A stretch of DNA of 32,000 bases from Ferroglobus placidus DSM 10642 (GCF_000025505.1 NC_013849.1:1560001-1592000); one strand, 5' to 3'; numbered from the stretch's first letter, positions 16,980 through 24,910 are shown. Translations and numbers: made by a program. The notes: generated by a model not told the origin, from the sequence alone.

Positions 16980-17338
16980 TTCAGCAAAGGAAGATTGCCC
17001 GTAACTTTATCTATTTTTTTGCTCTGCTCGGGACCAATAACTACTGCCGTAATCGTTCCCGGCGGTATTTCGGTTAAACCGGCGTCTCTCACGTAAGCAG
17101 CTGGCAATCCGAGGCTCTTAGCTTTCTCAAAAACCTTCATAAGCTCTTCGAGATTTTTCACCTTCAGAACTATCTTCTTTTGTCCCTCCATTTTCCACTT
17201 TTCCCTCGTTCTTTCATCCACTAATTCGTATCCCAAAATAGAAGCGTGAGCGACCTGAACAGCCAACTTCCCCCTCGAAAGATTGAGGTCTTCTCTCACA
17301 ACTATAACCTGCTTGTACTCACTCTCCTCCGAAGCCAT
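16976..17338 (-). CDS. pth: Peptidyl-tRNA hydrolase, archaeal/eukaryotic PTH2 type
   Basis: 120 aa. The motifs KQVIVVREDLNLSRGKLAVQVAHAS and DAGLTEIPPGTITAVVIGP are characteristic of the PTH2 family. Confidence 0.9.
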   Translation of the reverse strand: MASEESEYKQVIVVREDLNLSRGKLAVQVAHASILGYELVDERTREKWKMEGQKKIVLKVKNLEELMKVFEKAKSLGLPAAYVRDAGLTEIPPGTITAVVIGPEQSKKIDKVTGNLPLLK

Positions 17339-17585
17339 AGGACTTTAATTCCTCCAGCGAAACCGGTTTAGATTTCTCTTCAAGCCAGAGCTCGCCGAAC
17401 TTTTTCGCTTCTTCCTCGTCGAAATCCGACACGTAAATTTTGTCCTCTTCGGTCTTCTCTATCGCTTCGAGAGGAATTCCGAGAAACTTGTCCTTAACTT
17501 TTATAACGAGCCTGTTTTTGTGTACGTCGATGCTCTCTCCTATTATTTCCCCGTTTTTCACTACGAATCTGCAGATCAAGTCCAT
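17319..17585 (-). CDS. Small conserved-looking hypothetical protein (possibly PRC-barrel-like)
   Basis: 88 aa. The pattern VVKNGEIIGESIDVHKNRLVIKVKDKFLGIPLEAIEKTEEDKIYV resembles PRC-barrel repeats. It has an acidic C-terminal tail and overlaps pth2 by 20 nt. The fold call is weak. Confidence 0.55.
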   Translation of the reverse strand: MDLICRFVVKNGEIIGESIDVHKNRLVIKVKDKFLGIPLEAIEKTEEDKIYVSDFDEEEAKKFGELWLEEKSKPVSLEELKSYGFGGE

Positions 17586-17607
17586 GTGATTCGTTGAAGG
17601 TTTAAAG

Positions 17608-17614
17608 ATAAATT
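17608..17614 (-). promoter_or_regulatory. TATA-like box (AATTTAT on the minus strand) for the 88-aa/pth2/MFS operon
   Basis: Centred about 26 nt upstream of the ATG at 17585. Confidence 0.35.
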
Positions 17615-17635
17615 CTTTACGGGAGTTTCAGCAAG

Positions 17636-17644
17636 TTTATTATT
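17636..17644 (+). promoter_or_regulatory. TATA-like box (TTTATTATT) for cofC
   Basis: Centred 26 nt upstream of ATG 17666. This supports that start over the track's TTG at 17657. Confidence 0.4.
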
Positions 17645-17665
17645 CGAAAGCAGAAGTTGACTGCG

Positions 17666-18268
17666 ATGAAAATTTACGTCCCCTTCAAACCAACAAATCC
17701 GAAATCGAGGCTGTCCAAAATTATGAGCGAAGATGAAAGGAGGGAATTCGCTTTCCAGCTTTTGCTCGACGTCTTAGACTGTTGCGAAGAAGCCGTAGTT
17801 TTATCTGCATCGAGAGACGAAAGGCTTCGAGACTTGAAGCACGAAGTTGACGAGAGAGATCTCGACACTGCAGTAACTTCGAGGATAAAAAAGGAGGATT
17901 CGGCTTTCGTTATGTCGGATCTCGCTCTGATAAGCAAAAAAATCGTTAAAAAATTCTTAGATACTGATGGCGACGTTGTGATCGCTCCGGGAAGAAAAGG
18001 AGGGACGAACATGCTTTTGTCAAGGAGCAGAGAATTTTACACGTCCTATCACTACGGAAGCTTTTTGAAACACGTAAGAATAGCTGAAAAGCTCGGGTTG
18101 AATTTAAGTATTTTTGACTCGTTCTACGCAAGCATTGACATCGACGACGAATCGGATTTACTCGAGCTGATGCTCCACGGAAAAGGAAAAAGAAGCTACG
18201 AATATTTAGAGAGCATAGGGTTTTACGTGGACTTCTCCGAAAAAGAGCCGAAGTTGAAAAGGGCGTAA
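17666..18268 (+). CDS. cofC: 2-phospho-L-lactate guanylyltransferase (coenzyme F420 biosynthesis)
   Basis: The N-terminus MKIYVPFKPTNPKSRLS matches the CofC pattern (IPFK...KSRL). Other motifs are VMSDLALI, VIAPGRKGGTN and the length of about 200 aa. Confidence 0.8.
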   Translation: MKIYVPFKPTNPKSRLSKIMSEDERREFAFQLLLDVLDCCEEAVVLSASRDERLRDLKHEVDERDLDTAVTSRIKKEDSAFVMSDLALISKKIVKKFLDTDGDVVIAPGRKGGTNMLLSRSREFYTSYHYGSFLKHVRIAEKLGLNLSIFDSFYASIDIDDESDLLELMLHGKGKRSYEYLESIGFYVDFSEKEPKLKRA

Positions 18269-18275
18269 TTTCTAT

Positions 18276-18931
18276 CTTTCAATCCTCTTTTCATCGAGTT
18301 CGTCATAGCAGCAGATTGGAGCATCGATAACATCCAGCTTTCAATCCTCTTTTCATCGAGCTTCGCCTCCTTCTACCCATCTGTTTGAGCTTTCTAATTC
18401 CCTTTCAATCCTCTTTTCATCAAGTTCCACCAGAATATGTTCCACCATATTCTACGTTCACCACCTTTCAATCCTCTTTTCATCGAGTTTTAGGTCTGAC
18501 GAAGATGTCGAGCCACTTGGATCCAGCTTTCAATCCTCTTTTCATCGAGCGAGTCCTTATGTCGATAAAGAGTACGGAATGGTTTACAGCTTTCAATCCT
18601 CTTTTCATCGAGAATAATAAAATGAGATTTGGCATTCCTCTGGAAGCATACACTTTCAATCCTCTTTTCATCGAGAGAAAGTTCATCCTGATGCCAAAAG
18701 CCGATCTGTTGTCGACTTTCAATCCTCTTTTCATCGAGATTCTGGCAGATTTTTGCCGCCGTTTGAGGTTGATTTTTACTTTCAATCCTCTTTTCATCGA
18801 GCCACTTATGATTATCGAACGCTCACCGAGTCCATAAAACCATCTTTCAATCCTCTTTTCATCGAGCAATCACACAGATCCCGTACACGATCAGTCCGAC
18901 GATTGACCCTTTCAATCCTCTTTTCATCGAG
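18276..18931 (-). CRISPR. CRISPR array with 11 repeats of 23 nt and 10 unique spacers of 39-42 nt; functional strand inferred to be minus
   Basis: The plus-strand repeat is CTTTCAATCCTCTTTTCATCGAG. Copies start at 18276, 18338, 18402 (variant ...CATCAAG), 18465, 18527, 18590, 18653, 18716, 18779, 18844 and 18909. The period is 62-65 nt and flanking bases are not conserved. The reverse complement CTCGATGAAAAGAGGATTGAAAG ends in ATTGAAAG, the canonical archaeal crRNA 5' handle. Confidence 0.93.
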
Positions 18932-18966
18932 GGTTATACTCTAACAAAATTTACGTCGAATGGAAG

Positions 18967-18973
18967 TATATAA
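18967..18973 (-). promoter_or_regulatory. Candidate leader TATA box (TTATATA on the minus strand) upstream of the first repeat
   Basis: It lies about 39 nt upstream, in minus orientation, of repeat 11 (18931). A second candidate, TATTTAAAT, lies at about 19054-19064. Confidence 0.3.
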
Positions 18974-19147
18974 CGCTTTCTCTCACAAATCCTCTCTCGA
19001 ACACGCTACTCTAAGCGAAACAATTAAAAACGAAACCCCGGCGTGTTCGAGGAAAAATTTAAATAGTAGAAAGCTTTCAGCCCATTTAACGCTGTTAAAG
19101 TTGCAAAATGTTCGAGTAGTCCAGAAATTTTGAAAGAGTCAAGAGAT

Positions 19148-20218
19148 TCAGTAGATCATTTCGTCCAGCATTTCTTTCTCAATTCCAAGCTTGATCTCTC
19201 TGGCGATTCTTTTACCCATATACATGTTTTCTCCGAAAAGGATGTAGCTGTAGGGTGAAGACGGAATTCCGACGTTAGTTCCAGCAACTATCCTTGCCGA
19301 AATCTCGAAGAAGTACATCCTTCCTTCTTCGTCTATGACGCTCTCCAAGCAGAAAGGACCTACCATTCCGGGATACGCTATTTTTTTCGACTCCTCGTAA
19401 ACTTTAATCCCGGCTTCAATAGCTTCGGCGAGCATGCTCTCCCTAAGAACTATTGGGAAATTTCCGACAACTGTAAAAGTCAGATCCAATTCTTTTTTTA
19501 ACTGAACTTCAGCTGGAATTCTACCTAAGCCGTCAGCATTGCTTTCGTACCTTCTGTCAACGCTTATCAGCTCAATTCTCTCGTAAACCGGAGAGTAAAA
19601 GAAGGAGAAGTAAACGTTAGCTCCGACTATGTACTCCTGTATAAACGCTTTTTCAACATCTTCTTCGCTTATAAACCCAGCTTTGACGAACTTTTTCGCT
19701 TTCTCTTTAAAATCTTCGTAGCTTGTGGCGAGGAAGTAACCTTTCCCCCCTTTCGCCCCCGGATACTTCACTATAACGAGCCTGTCGATTTCCTTCGGAG
19801 ATCGGAAGGTTTTGGGCATTCTCAATCCGGCATTCCTCAACCACTTTTCCTGATTTTCCCTTTTAGTTTCCCACTCCATCAGAACTCTGTTTCCGAAGAT
19901 GGGGACGAGAAGTTCGTCGAACTTACCTATGTAAGCGTTGAAGGATCCGTGGGGGATGAGAATCGCGTTCTCTTCTCTAAGCTTTTTCTGGACACTCTCG
20001 TCCAAGAGCTGAGTAAAGTCTGAAACTTCCCAAATTTCGTCGGCAACGCCGAAGGATTCGTAGATTATCCTCTCCCTCTTTCGTGCGACGCATATCGTTC
20101 TGAACCCTTCCTCTTTAGCTCCCTTTAGAATGTTAAGAGCCGAGTGGCTTCCAAGGGTTGCGATAGAAATCTCGTCTTTGTCGTAGCTTTTCAAAATTTC
20201 GAGTATCTTGTCTCTCAT
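19148..20218 (-). CDS. purP: 5-formaminoimidazole-4-carboxamide ribonucleotide (FAICAR) synthetase PurP
   Basis: 356 aa. The motifs IATLGSHSALNILKGAKEEGF and an ATP-grasp core fit the archaeal PurP family. The ATGA overlap with the upstream oxidoreductase beta-subunit stop lies at 20215-20218. Confidence 0.9.
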   Translation of the reverse strand: MRDKILEILKSYDKDEISIATLGSHSALNILKGAKEEGFRTICVARKRERIIYESFGVADEIWEVSDFTQLLDESVQKKLREENAILIPHGSFNAYIGKFDELLVPIFGNRVLMEWETKRENQEKWLRNAGLRMPKTFRSPKEIDRLVIVKYPGAKGGKGYFLATSYEDFKEKAKKFVKAGFISEEDVEKAFIQEYIVGANVYFSFFYSPVYERIELISVDRRYESNADGLGRIPAEVQLKKELDLTFTVVGNFPIVLRESMLAEAIEAGIKVYEESKKIAYPGMVGPFCLESVIDEEGRMYFFEISARIVAGTNVGIPSSPYSYILFGENMYMGKRIAREIKLGIEKEMLDEMIY

Positions 20219-21060
20219 AACACCTCCTCCAGTTTTAACAGTTTTTCGAACTCCTCGACAGCGCTTTTTTCGAGCTCTTCGATTTCTTCTTTTCTTATTC
20301 CTCTAAATCTTCCCTGAAGTTTTATGTACTTTTCCGCTGGAATTCTGTTTTCGTAAGCTTTTTTGCTTATTTCAGATATTCTAAACTTGCTATCCTTTTC
20401 CCACAAAATCCAGAACAGAGATTGAACGGCAAGCCTCGCTATTTCCACCGTTAACTCTGCTTCAAACTTCCAGCCGGGAGGGCACGGGCAGTGGATGTGA
20501 AGAAGTCTAAATCCCTCTTTTTCTCCGGCTTTCCTCATTTTCCTCCTCAAGTCTCTTATATATCCTACTGAAGCTGTAGCTACGTAGCCGTAGTCGATCA
20601 AAGCCAGAGAAACGCTCCTCTTATTCTCCCTCTTTCCGGCTGGGTCGGTTGTAGTTTTCGCGTATTTTGGCGTCGAAGAACTGCTCTGGTTTCCGGTGTT
20701 CATGAAAGCTTCGTTGTCGACAACAACAACCATCACGTCCTCGTTTCTCTCTGCAACAGCTTTTAGAGCTGCAAAGCTGATATCTGCTGCTCCATCTCCC
20801 ATCCAAGCTATCACGTTAGCTTTAATTCCGAGCTTTCTGTAACCTCTGCTCATTCCAGCCGCAACCGAAGGAGTGGAAGGGAACGGAACGTGAACCACTG
20901 GAAGCTTTAAAGCCGAATTCGGATGAATTCCAGCTATAACGGTCGAGCAACTTGCCGGCATTAGCACCACCGGGTTCTCAACTTCATCGAGAGCTTTCAT
21001 CGCTATCGTAATCGGGCATCCGTGACAGCTCGCGTTTCCCGGAAGAATCATGGGTACCAC
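20215..21060 (-). CDS. 2-oxoacid:ferredoxin oxidoreductase, beta (TPP-binding) subunit
   Basis: 281 aa. TPP-binding region GDGAADISFAAL...NEAFMNTGNQ and N-terminal Cys residues (CHGCP) are present. Substrate specificity (pyruvate, 2-ketoisovalerate or other) cannot be read from the sequence. Confidence 0.85.
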   Translation of the reverse strand: MVPMILPGNASCHGCPITIAMKALDEVENPVVLMPASCSTVIAGIHPNSALKLPVVHVPFPSTPSVAAGMSRGYRKLGIKANVIAWMGDGAADISFAALKAVAERNEDVMVVVVDNEAFMNTGNQSSSSTPKYAKTTTDPAGKRENKRSVSLALIDYGYVATASVGYIRDLRRKMRKAGEKEGFRLLHIHCPCPPGWKFEAELTVEIARLAVQSLFWILWEKDSKFRISEISKKAYENRIPAEKYIKLQGRFRGIRKEEIEELEKSAVEEFEKLLKLEEVL

Positions 21061-22181
21061 TCCACCTCTCCTATTTTTCCCGAAACGAATTTTCTGACCA
21101 ATGCCTTTATCTCGGAGTAGCTTATTTCGTATCCTCCAAGAGCCGCTATAACGTTCTTAGCCTCCGGAATTATTCTTTTTACTTCTCCTCCCATCCCTCC
21201 GAATTTGTATAGGGCTGAACGATCCACAACGAGGACATCTCCGGAAATCTCTTTTAGTTCTTCCTCCGGAAGAGGTCTGAGAAATCGCAACCTCAACAAA
21301 CCGATTTTCACTCCTTCTTCTCTCATCTCGTCTACAACATCTTTAAAATCTCCGCTCCATCCTCCGTAAGTAACGACGACGTAATCAGCATCCTCCACCT
21401 TGTATTTTTCAGCTAAGGAAAATTCCTCTCCGAGAAAACTTCTGCCGATCTTCTCTATTTTCCCTCTCGAATTTTCGAGGTCTTTCATTAGCGTTTTCCT
21501 CGCTTTGTGCCTCGCATCGTTAATTGTCACGGCGTTAAAAGCGAATTCGGAGTTAGGAAGTATTTTGTAAGCTTGCTTTCTCTTCGGAAGCTCGACCTCT
21601 CTTACTTCCACAACTTCGGCAGTGTGACTGATTATGAACGCGTCGTAACTCACCGAGTAAGGGATGTTTAACTCCTCGCTGATGGGGAAGCCTATGAGCG
21701 TTAGATCGAAGCACTCCTGAGCGTTTTCAGCCATGGAAATTATCCAGCCAACGTCCTTCAAAATCATAACGTCCGAGTGATCTGAGTGAATGTTCCACGG
21801 AGCTCCTATCGACCTCGTCGGAAGAGCCATAACTAACGGCACTCTCGATCCAGCAACCCACCAGCACATCTCGTACATGTAAGCCAGACCGTGGCTTGAA
21901 GTGGCTGTAAATACTCTCGCTCCTGTTAAAGCGGCTCCGAAAACAACGGACAAAGCTGAATATTCCGACTCAACGTTGACGAACTCGGAGTCAAGCTCTC
22001 CTTTCGCAACGAACTCAGCCAATTTCTCCACAACCGGAGTTTGGGGGGTGATCGGATAAGCGGCTATGACGTCTGGCTTGGCAATTTTAACAGCTTCAGC
22101 GACAGCCTGATTTCCGTTTAATAAAACTCTCTTTCCGCTTTTATAGCTTTCATCTTGCAGACGTTTTTGCATACCAAACAC
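21048..22181 (-). CDS. 2-oxoacid:ferredoxin oxidoreductase, alpha subunit
   Basis: 377 aa. LNGNQAVAEAV...AAYPITPQT...ESEYSALSVVFGAALTGARVFTATSSHGL is typical of the Por/Vor alpha subunit. The start is uncertain: ATG 22181 or ATG 22172. Either one overlaps the delta gene by 55-64 nt. Confidence 0.85.
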   Translation of the reverse strand: MFGMQKRLQDESYKSGKRVLLNGNQAVAEAVKIAKPDVIAAYPITPQTPVVEKLAEFVAKGELDSEFVNVESEYSALSVVFGAALTGARVFTATSSHGLAYMYEMCWWVAGSRVPLVMALPTRSIGAPWNIHSDHSDVMILKDVGWIISMAENAQECFDLTLIGFPISEELNIPYSVSYDAFIISHTAEVVEVREVELPKRKQAYKILPNSEFAFNAVTINDARHKARKTLMKDLENSRGKIEKIGRSFLGEEFSLAEKYKVEDADYVVVTYGGWSGDFKDVVDEMREEGVKIGLLRLRFLRPLPEEELKEISGDVLVVDRSALYKFGGMGGEVKRIIPEAKNVIAALGGYEISYSEIKALVRKFVSGKIGEVEWYP

Positions 22182-22369
22182 CCCTTGCAGTAGTCGTAAT
22201 CTATCCAGATTCTACCGTCTCTAACCTCTATCACATTCTCTGGACAGTACTCGTGGCATTCCAAGCATAGAACGCAAAGCTCGTGATCTACTATCGGCTT
22301 AAAAACCCTCCACTCTCCAGTTTTTCCCGCCGATCCTTTTTTGGGATGAGAGATGAGAGGGTCTAACAT
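22118..22369 (-). CDS. 2-oxoacid:ferredoxin oxidoreductase, delta (2x[4Fe-4S] ferredoxin-like) subunit
   Basis: 83 aa with two cluster motifs, CVLCLECHEYCP and CKGCLVCKNVC. Confidence 0.85.
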   Translation of the reverse strand: MLDPLISHPKKGSAGKTGEWRVFKPIVDHELCVLCLECHEYCPENVIEVRDGRIWIDYDYCKGCLVCKNVCKMKAIKAEREFY

Positions 22370-22857
22370 TTAACCACCTCGTAACCCTTTTTCGCAGCAA
22401 GGACGTTTTCTTCAACCTTAGAGGAGAACTCGCTCCTTACCGCGTACACCAAACTGTTCAAACTGATCTCCAAAACTCTTGCAATCGCTCCGCTCATCGG
22501 GGAACTTAATAGGTACCAGCCAGAAGAAATCAAGTCGAGTTCTTCAGCTATTTTATTAGCGTTTAAACAGCAGAAACCTTCTGCAATTCCGTTCAAAATC
22601 CTGATTTCCGCTTCGTCATTTTCAACGAGCTTTTTATCAAAATAAGCTACGATTCTCGGCTTTTCCACCTTTGTATGTCTTCTTATCGGTTTTTCGTCAA
22701 TTCTCAGGTAAGAGTAAACTTTGGCTCCTCTCCTCTCCGCTCCGAATTGGGGAATCGCCTGAGAATACAATCCTTCTTCCATTGCCGCTTTGGCGAGAAT
22801 TCTTGCAGCTGTTACTCCTCCCTGCCCCCCTCTGCTAACAATCTTGACTTCGATCAT
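22363..22857 (-). CDS. 2-oxoacid:ferredoxin oxidoreductase, gamma subunit
   Basis: 164 aa. SRGGQGGVTAARILAKAA and PQFGAERRGA are hallmark motifs of the gamma subunit. Confidence 0.85.
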   Translation of the reverse strand: MIEVKIVSRGGQGGVTAARILAKAAMEEGLYSQAIPQFGAERRGAKVYSYLRIDEKPIRRHTKVEKPRIVAYFDKKLVENDEAEIRILNGIAEGFCCLNANKIAEELDLISSGWYLLSSPMSGAIARVLEISLNSLVYAVRSEFSSKVEENVLAAKKGYEVVKC

Positions 22858-22880
22858 TATTAGGGAAGCAGAATCACCGC

Positions 22881-22888
22881 TTTAAAAA
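22881..22888 (-). promoter_or_regulatory. TATA-like box (TTTTTAAA on the minus strand) for the oxidoreductase-purP operon
   Basis: Centred about 27 nt upstream of the gamma-subunit ATG (22857). Confidence 0.4.
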
Positions 22889-22890
22889 CG

Positions 22891-22898
22891 TTTATATT
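22891..22898 (+). promoter_or_regulatory. TATA-like box (TTTATATT) for the DUF373 gene
   Basis: Centred about 26 nt upstream of GTG 22920. It is adjacent to the divergent oxidoreductase TATA box. Confidence 0.4.
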
Positions 22899-22919
22899 GT
22901 TTCTCGGAAAATTTTTTAC

Positions 22920-23972
22920 GTGAAATTAATACTGGTAATCGACAGAGACGACGACATTGGGAGAAAAGCTAAAGTTAAAACGCCAGTCGTTGGGAGAGAG
23001 AACTGTTTGAACGCTGCGATTAAGTTAGCTCTCTCCGATCCGGAAGATAGCGACGTTAATGCAATTTTTCAGGCTGTGAAGCTTTACGATGAATTAAAAA
23101 ATGCTGAAGTTGCAATAGTCTCCGGAGATGAAGCGGTCGGAGTCGTTTCCGATACGAAAATAGCTAAGGAGCTCGACGAGTTAAAAAAACTTGTCAAGGC
23201 GGAAAGCGTTATCGTCGTTACCGACGGCTCGGAAGACGAGTTCGTTCTACCTATAGTTTCTTCGAGGTTCAAAATAGACGGGGTGAGCAGAGTGGTCGTT
23301 AAGCAGAGCAGGACGATAGAGAGCACTTACTACCTGATAAGAAAACTCTTCGAAGATCCCAAGATTGCAAGAGCCACGTTAGCCCCTCTCGGATTGATTT
23401 TAGTCGTTTACGCAATTCTAACCTTAACCGGAAAATCCTACATGGCTGCGGGAGGCGTGCTGTTAATATTCGGGCTTTACATGATTCTGAAAGCTTACGG
23501 AATGGAGAACTACGTTGAGAAGGTGATGGAAAATCTTAAGAAGTCGCTGCAAGAAGGAAAGATTACGTTCATAACTAACCTTACAGCCATATTAATCCTG
23601 ATTGCCGGTCTCATTCAGGGGTTCAACGAATTCTGGAAAGTCTACACTCAGCCGGTAGCGGCGGGGATAATAATTTTAGTTACCTCCTTCGTTTACGGGG
23701 CTGTTTGGTGGATCGTCGGAGCTTCCCTCTTCGTCAGTTTCGGAAGGATCTTGGACAATCTAATTGAGGGAAAAAGCGTGAGAAGGATGCTTGCCTCACC
23801 ATTTTTCATAATTTCAGCCGGACTTCTCTTCTACGGATCGAGCGTGCTAATTCTCTCCTGGAGCGGATACTTTGAAGAGCTGCAGAGAAAAGCGATTTCA
23901 GACTTTCTCTACTCTATCTTCGGAGCGATACTTCTCTCTTTAATCGGTGTATTTATATCGAGAACTAAATAA
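22920..23972 (+). CDS. DUF373-type integral membrane protein
   Basis: 350 aa. A soluble N-terminal domain (LVIDRDDDIGRKAKVKTPVVGRE) is followed by about 6 transmembrane helices. The family name is assigned from memory of the motif, not from a search. Confidence 0.65.
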   Translation: MKLILVIDRDDDIGRKAKVKTPVVGRENCLNAAIKLALSDPEDSDVNAIFQAVKLYDELKNAEVAIVSGDEAVGVVSDTKIAKELDELKKLVKAESVIVVTDGSEDEFVLPIVSSRFKIDGVSRVVVKQSRTIESTYYLIRKLFEDPKIARATLAPLGLILVVYAILTLTGKSYMAAGGVLLIFGLYMILKAYGMENYVEKVMENLKKSLQEGKITFITNLTAILILIAGLIQGFNEFWKVYTQPVAAGIIILVTSFVYGAVWWIVGASLFVSFGRILDNLIEGKSVRRMLASPFFIISAGLLFYGSSVLILSWSGYFEELQRKAISDFLYSIFGAILLSLIGVFISRTK

Positions 23973-24873
23973 TTCCGAGCTCCCTTTTTAATTCGCAAGC
24001 TTTGCAGATCTCTCTTGCTGTTGGTTCGCCGCAAATTTTGCACTCTCCGAGCTCTACCTGAGGGTACATTTTGTGGAGGCAAGGTAAAAGCTCTTCAAAG
24101 CTTCGCATAATCGAAAACTTTCTTCCCGGATACTTTTTCTCGAACTCGTAAATGAAATCCCTCACGAGAGCTCTTGCCGGAAATCTCGAGTAAGGGCACT
24201 CCTCCAAGCTAACTGGAAGGTTGTTGATTATAGCGTAAACTACAACTTCTTTCTCGTATATTTCTCTCAGAGGTTTTATTCTGTAAACTAAGCCTTTCTG
24301 AACTCTTTGCGGAATTAACCTCGCCAATCTTTCTATGTCCGCGTTTAAGAAATTCAGCAAAATCGTCTGGGTTTCGTCGTCGAGGTTGTGTCCAGTAGCC
24401 AACTTAGTAGCTCCAAGTTCTCTTGCAGTTCTGTTCAGCAGATACTTCCTGAATACTCCGCAGTAGGTGCAAGCGTTCCTGCTTCCGCGTTCGACCATTT
24501 CGTCGAGGTCTAAGCCAATCTCTTCTCTGAAAGAAACAACAACGTGCTCTATCCCCAAATCTCTGCAAACTTTTTTAGCTATTTCGACTGTGGGAGGTCT
24601 GTAGCCCTCTATTCCCTCGTCTATCGTTATGGCAAAAAATTCGAGGTCTCTCCTTTTTCCGTAAAGTTCTATCAAGGTGTGAGCGAGAGTTACACTGTCC
24701 TTTCCGCCGCTCATAGCCAGAGCTATCTTGTCGCCGCTCTCTATCATTTTATACTTGGCTACCGCTCTCTTCACCCTTCTGTAGAAATCTCTCAGGAAGT
24801 GCTTCTTACAAAGATGCCTCGAGGAGTGCCTTTGGTAGTACACGGCTTTTGAGGAGCAGAGGGAACACTGCAC
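23965..24873 (-). CDS. tRNA 2-thiolation PP-loop ATPase, TtuA/NcsA (Ncs6/Ctu1) family
   Basis: PP-loop SGGKDS, central CTYCG, GHNLDDE, and N- and C-terminal zinc fingers (CSLC...C..HF and CKICG...CKAC). I prefer GTG 24873, which gives (M)QCSLCSS and matches the family's M-x-C-x-x-C N-terminus. The track's ATG 24927 would overlap rio2. Confidence 0.85.
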   Translation of the reverse strand: MQCSLCSSKAVYYQRHSSRHLCKKHFLRDFYRRVKRAVAKYKMIESGDKIALAMSGGKDSVTLAHTLIELYGKRRDLEFFAITIDEGIEGYRPPTVEIAKKVCRDLGIEHVVVSFREEIGLDLDEMVERGSRNACTYCGVFRKYLLNRTARELGATKLATGHNLDDETQTILLNFLNADIERLARLIPQRVQKGLVYRIKPLREIYEKEVVVYAIINNLPVSLEECPYSRFPARALVRDFIYEFEKKYPGRKFSIMRSFEELLPCLHKMYPQVELGECKICGEPTAREICKACELKRELGII

Positions 24874-24881
24874 GAAACAGC

Positions 24882-24888
24882 TTTTATA
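24882..24888 (+). promoter_or_regulatory. TATA-like box (TTTTATA) for rio2-DUF460
   Basis: Centred 26 nt upstream of the in-frame GTG at 24911. Confidence 0.4.
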
Positions 24889-24896
24889 CAGATTGC

Positions 24897-24903
24897 ATAA
24901 AAA
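24897..24903 (-). promoter_or_regulatory. TATA-like box (TTTTTAT on the minus strand) for the tRNA thiolase gene
   Basis: Centred about 27 nt upstream of the GTG at 24873. Confidence 0.4.
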
Positions 24904-24910
24904 TGTCTCT

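Noticed and set aside
18425-18464. Spacer 3 contains an internal 8-bp inverted repeat (AGAATATG...CATATTCT) and a duplicated TTCCACCA.
   Set aside because: It is a feature of a single spacer and probably reflects the protospacer source. There is no evidence that it matters for the array.
18385-18944. Three track ORFs (18385-18837 +, 18480-18869 -, 18753-18944 +) that appear to encode repetitive proteins with recurring FNPLFIE or SMKRGLK peptides.
   Set aside because: The periodic peptides are simply translations of the 23-nt CRISPR repeat. The ORFs stay open only because repeat and spacers happen to lack stops. They are not genes.
7450-19147. A search for C/D-box sRNAs (RUGAUGA ... CUGA pairs) in the longer intergenic regions 7450-8119, 11094-11178, 18932-19147 and 27690-27845, on both strands.
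   Set aside because: I found no convincing C box with a correctly spaced D box. Isolated CTGA tetramers, for example at 27737-27760, are expected by chance.
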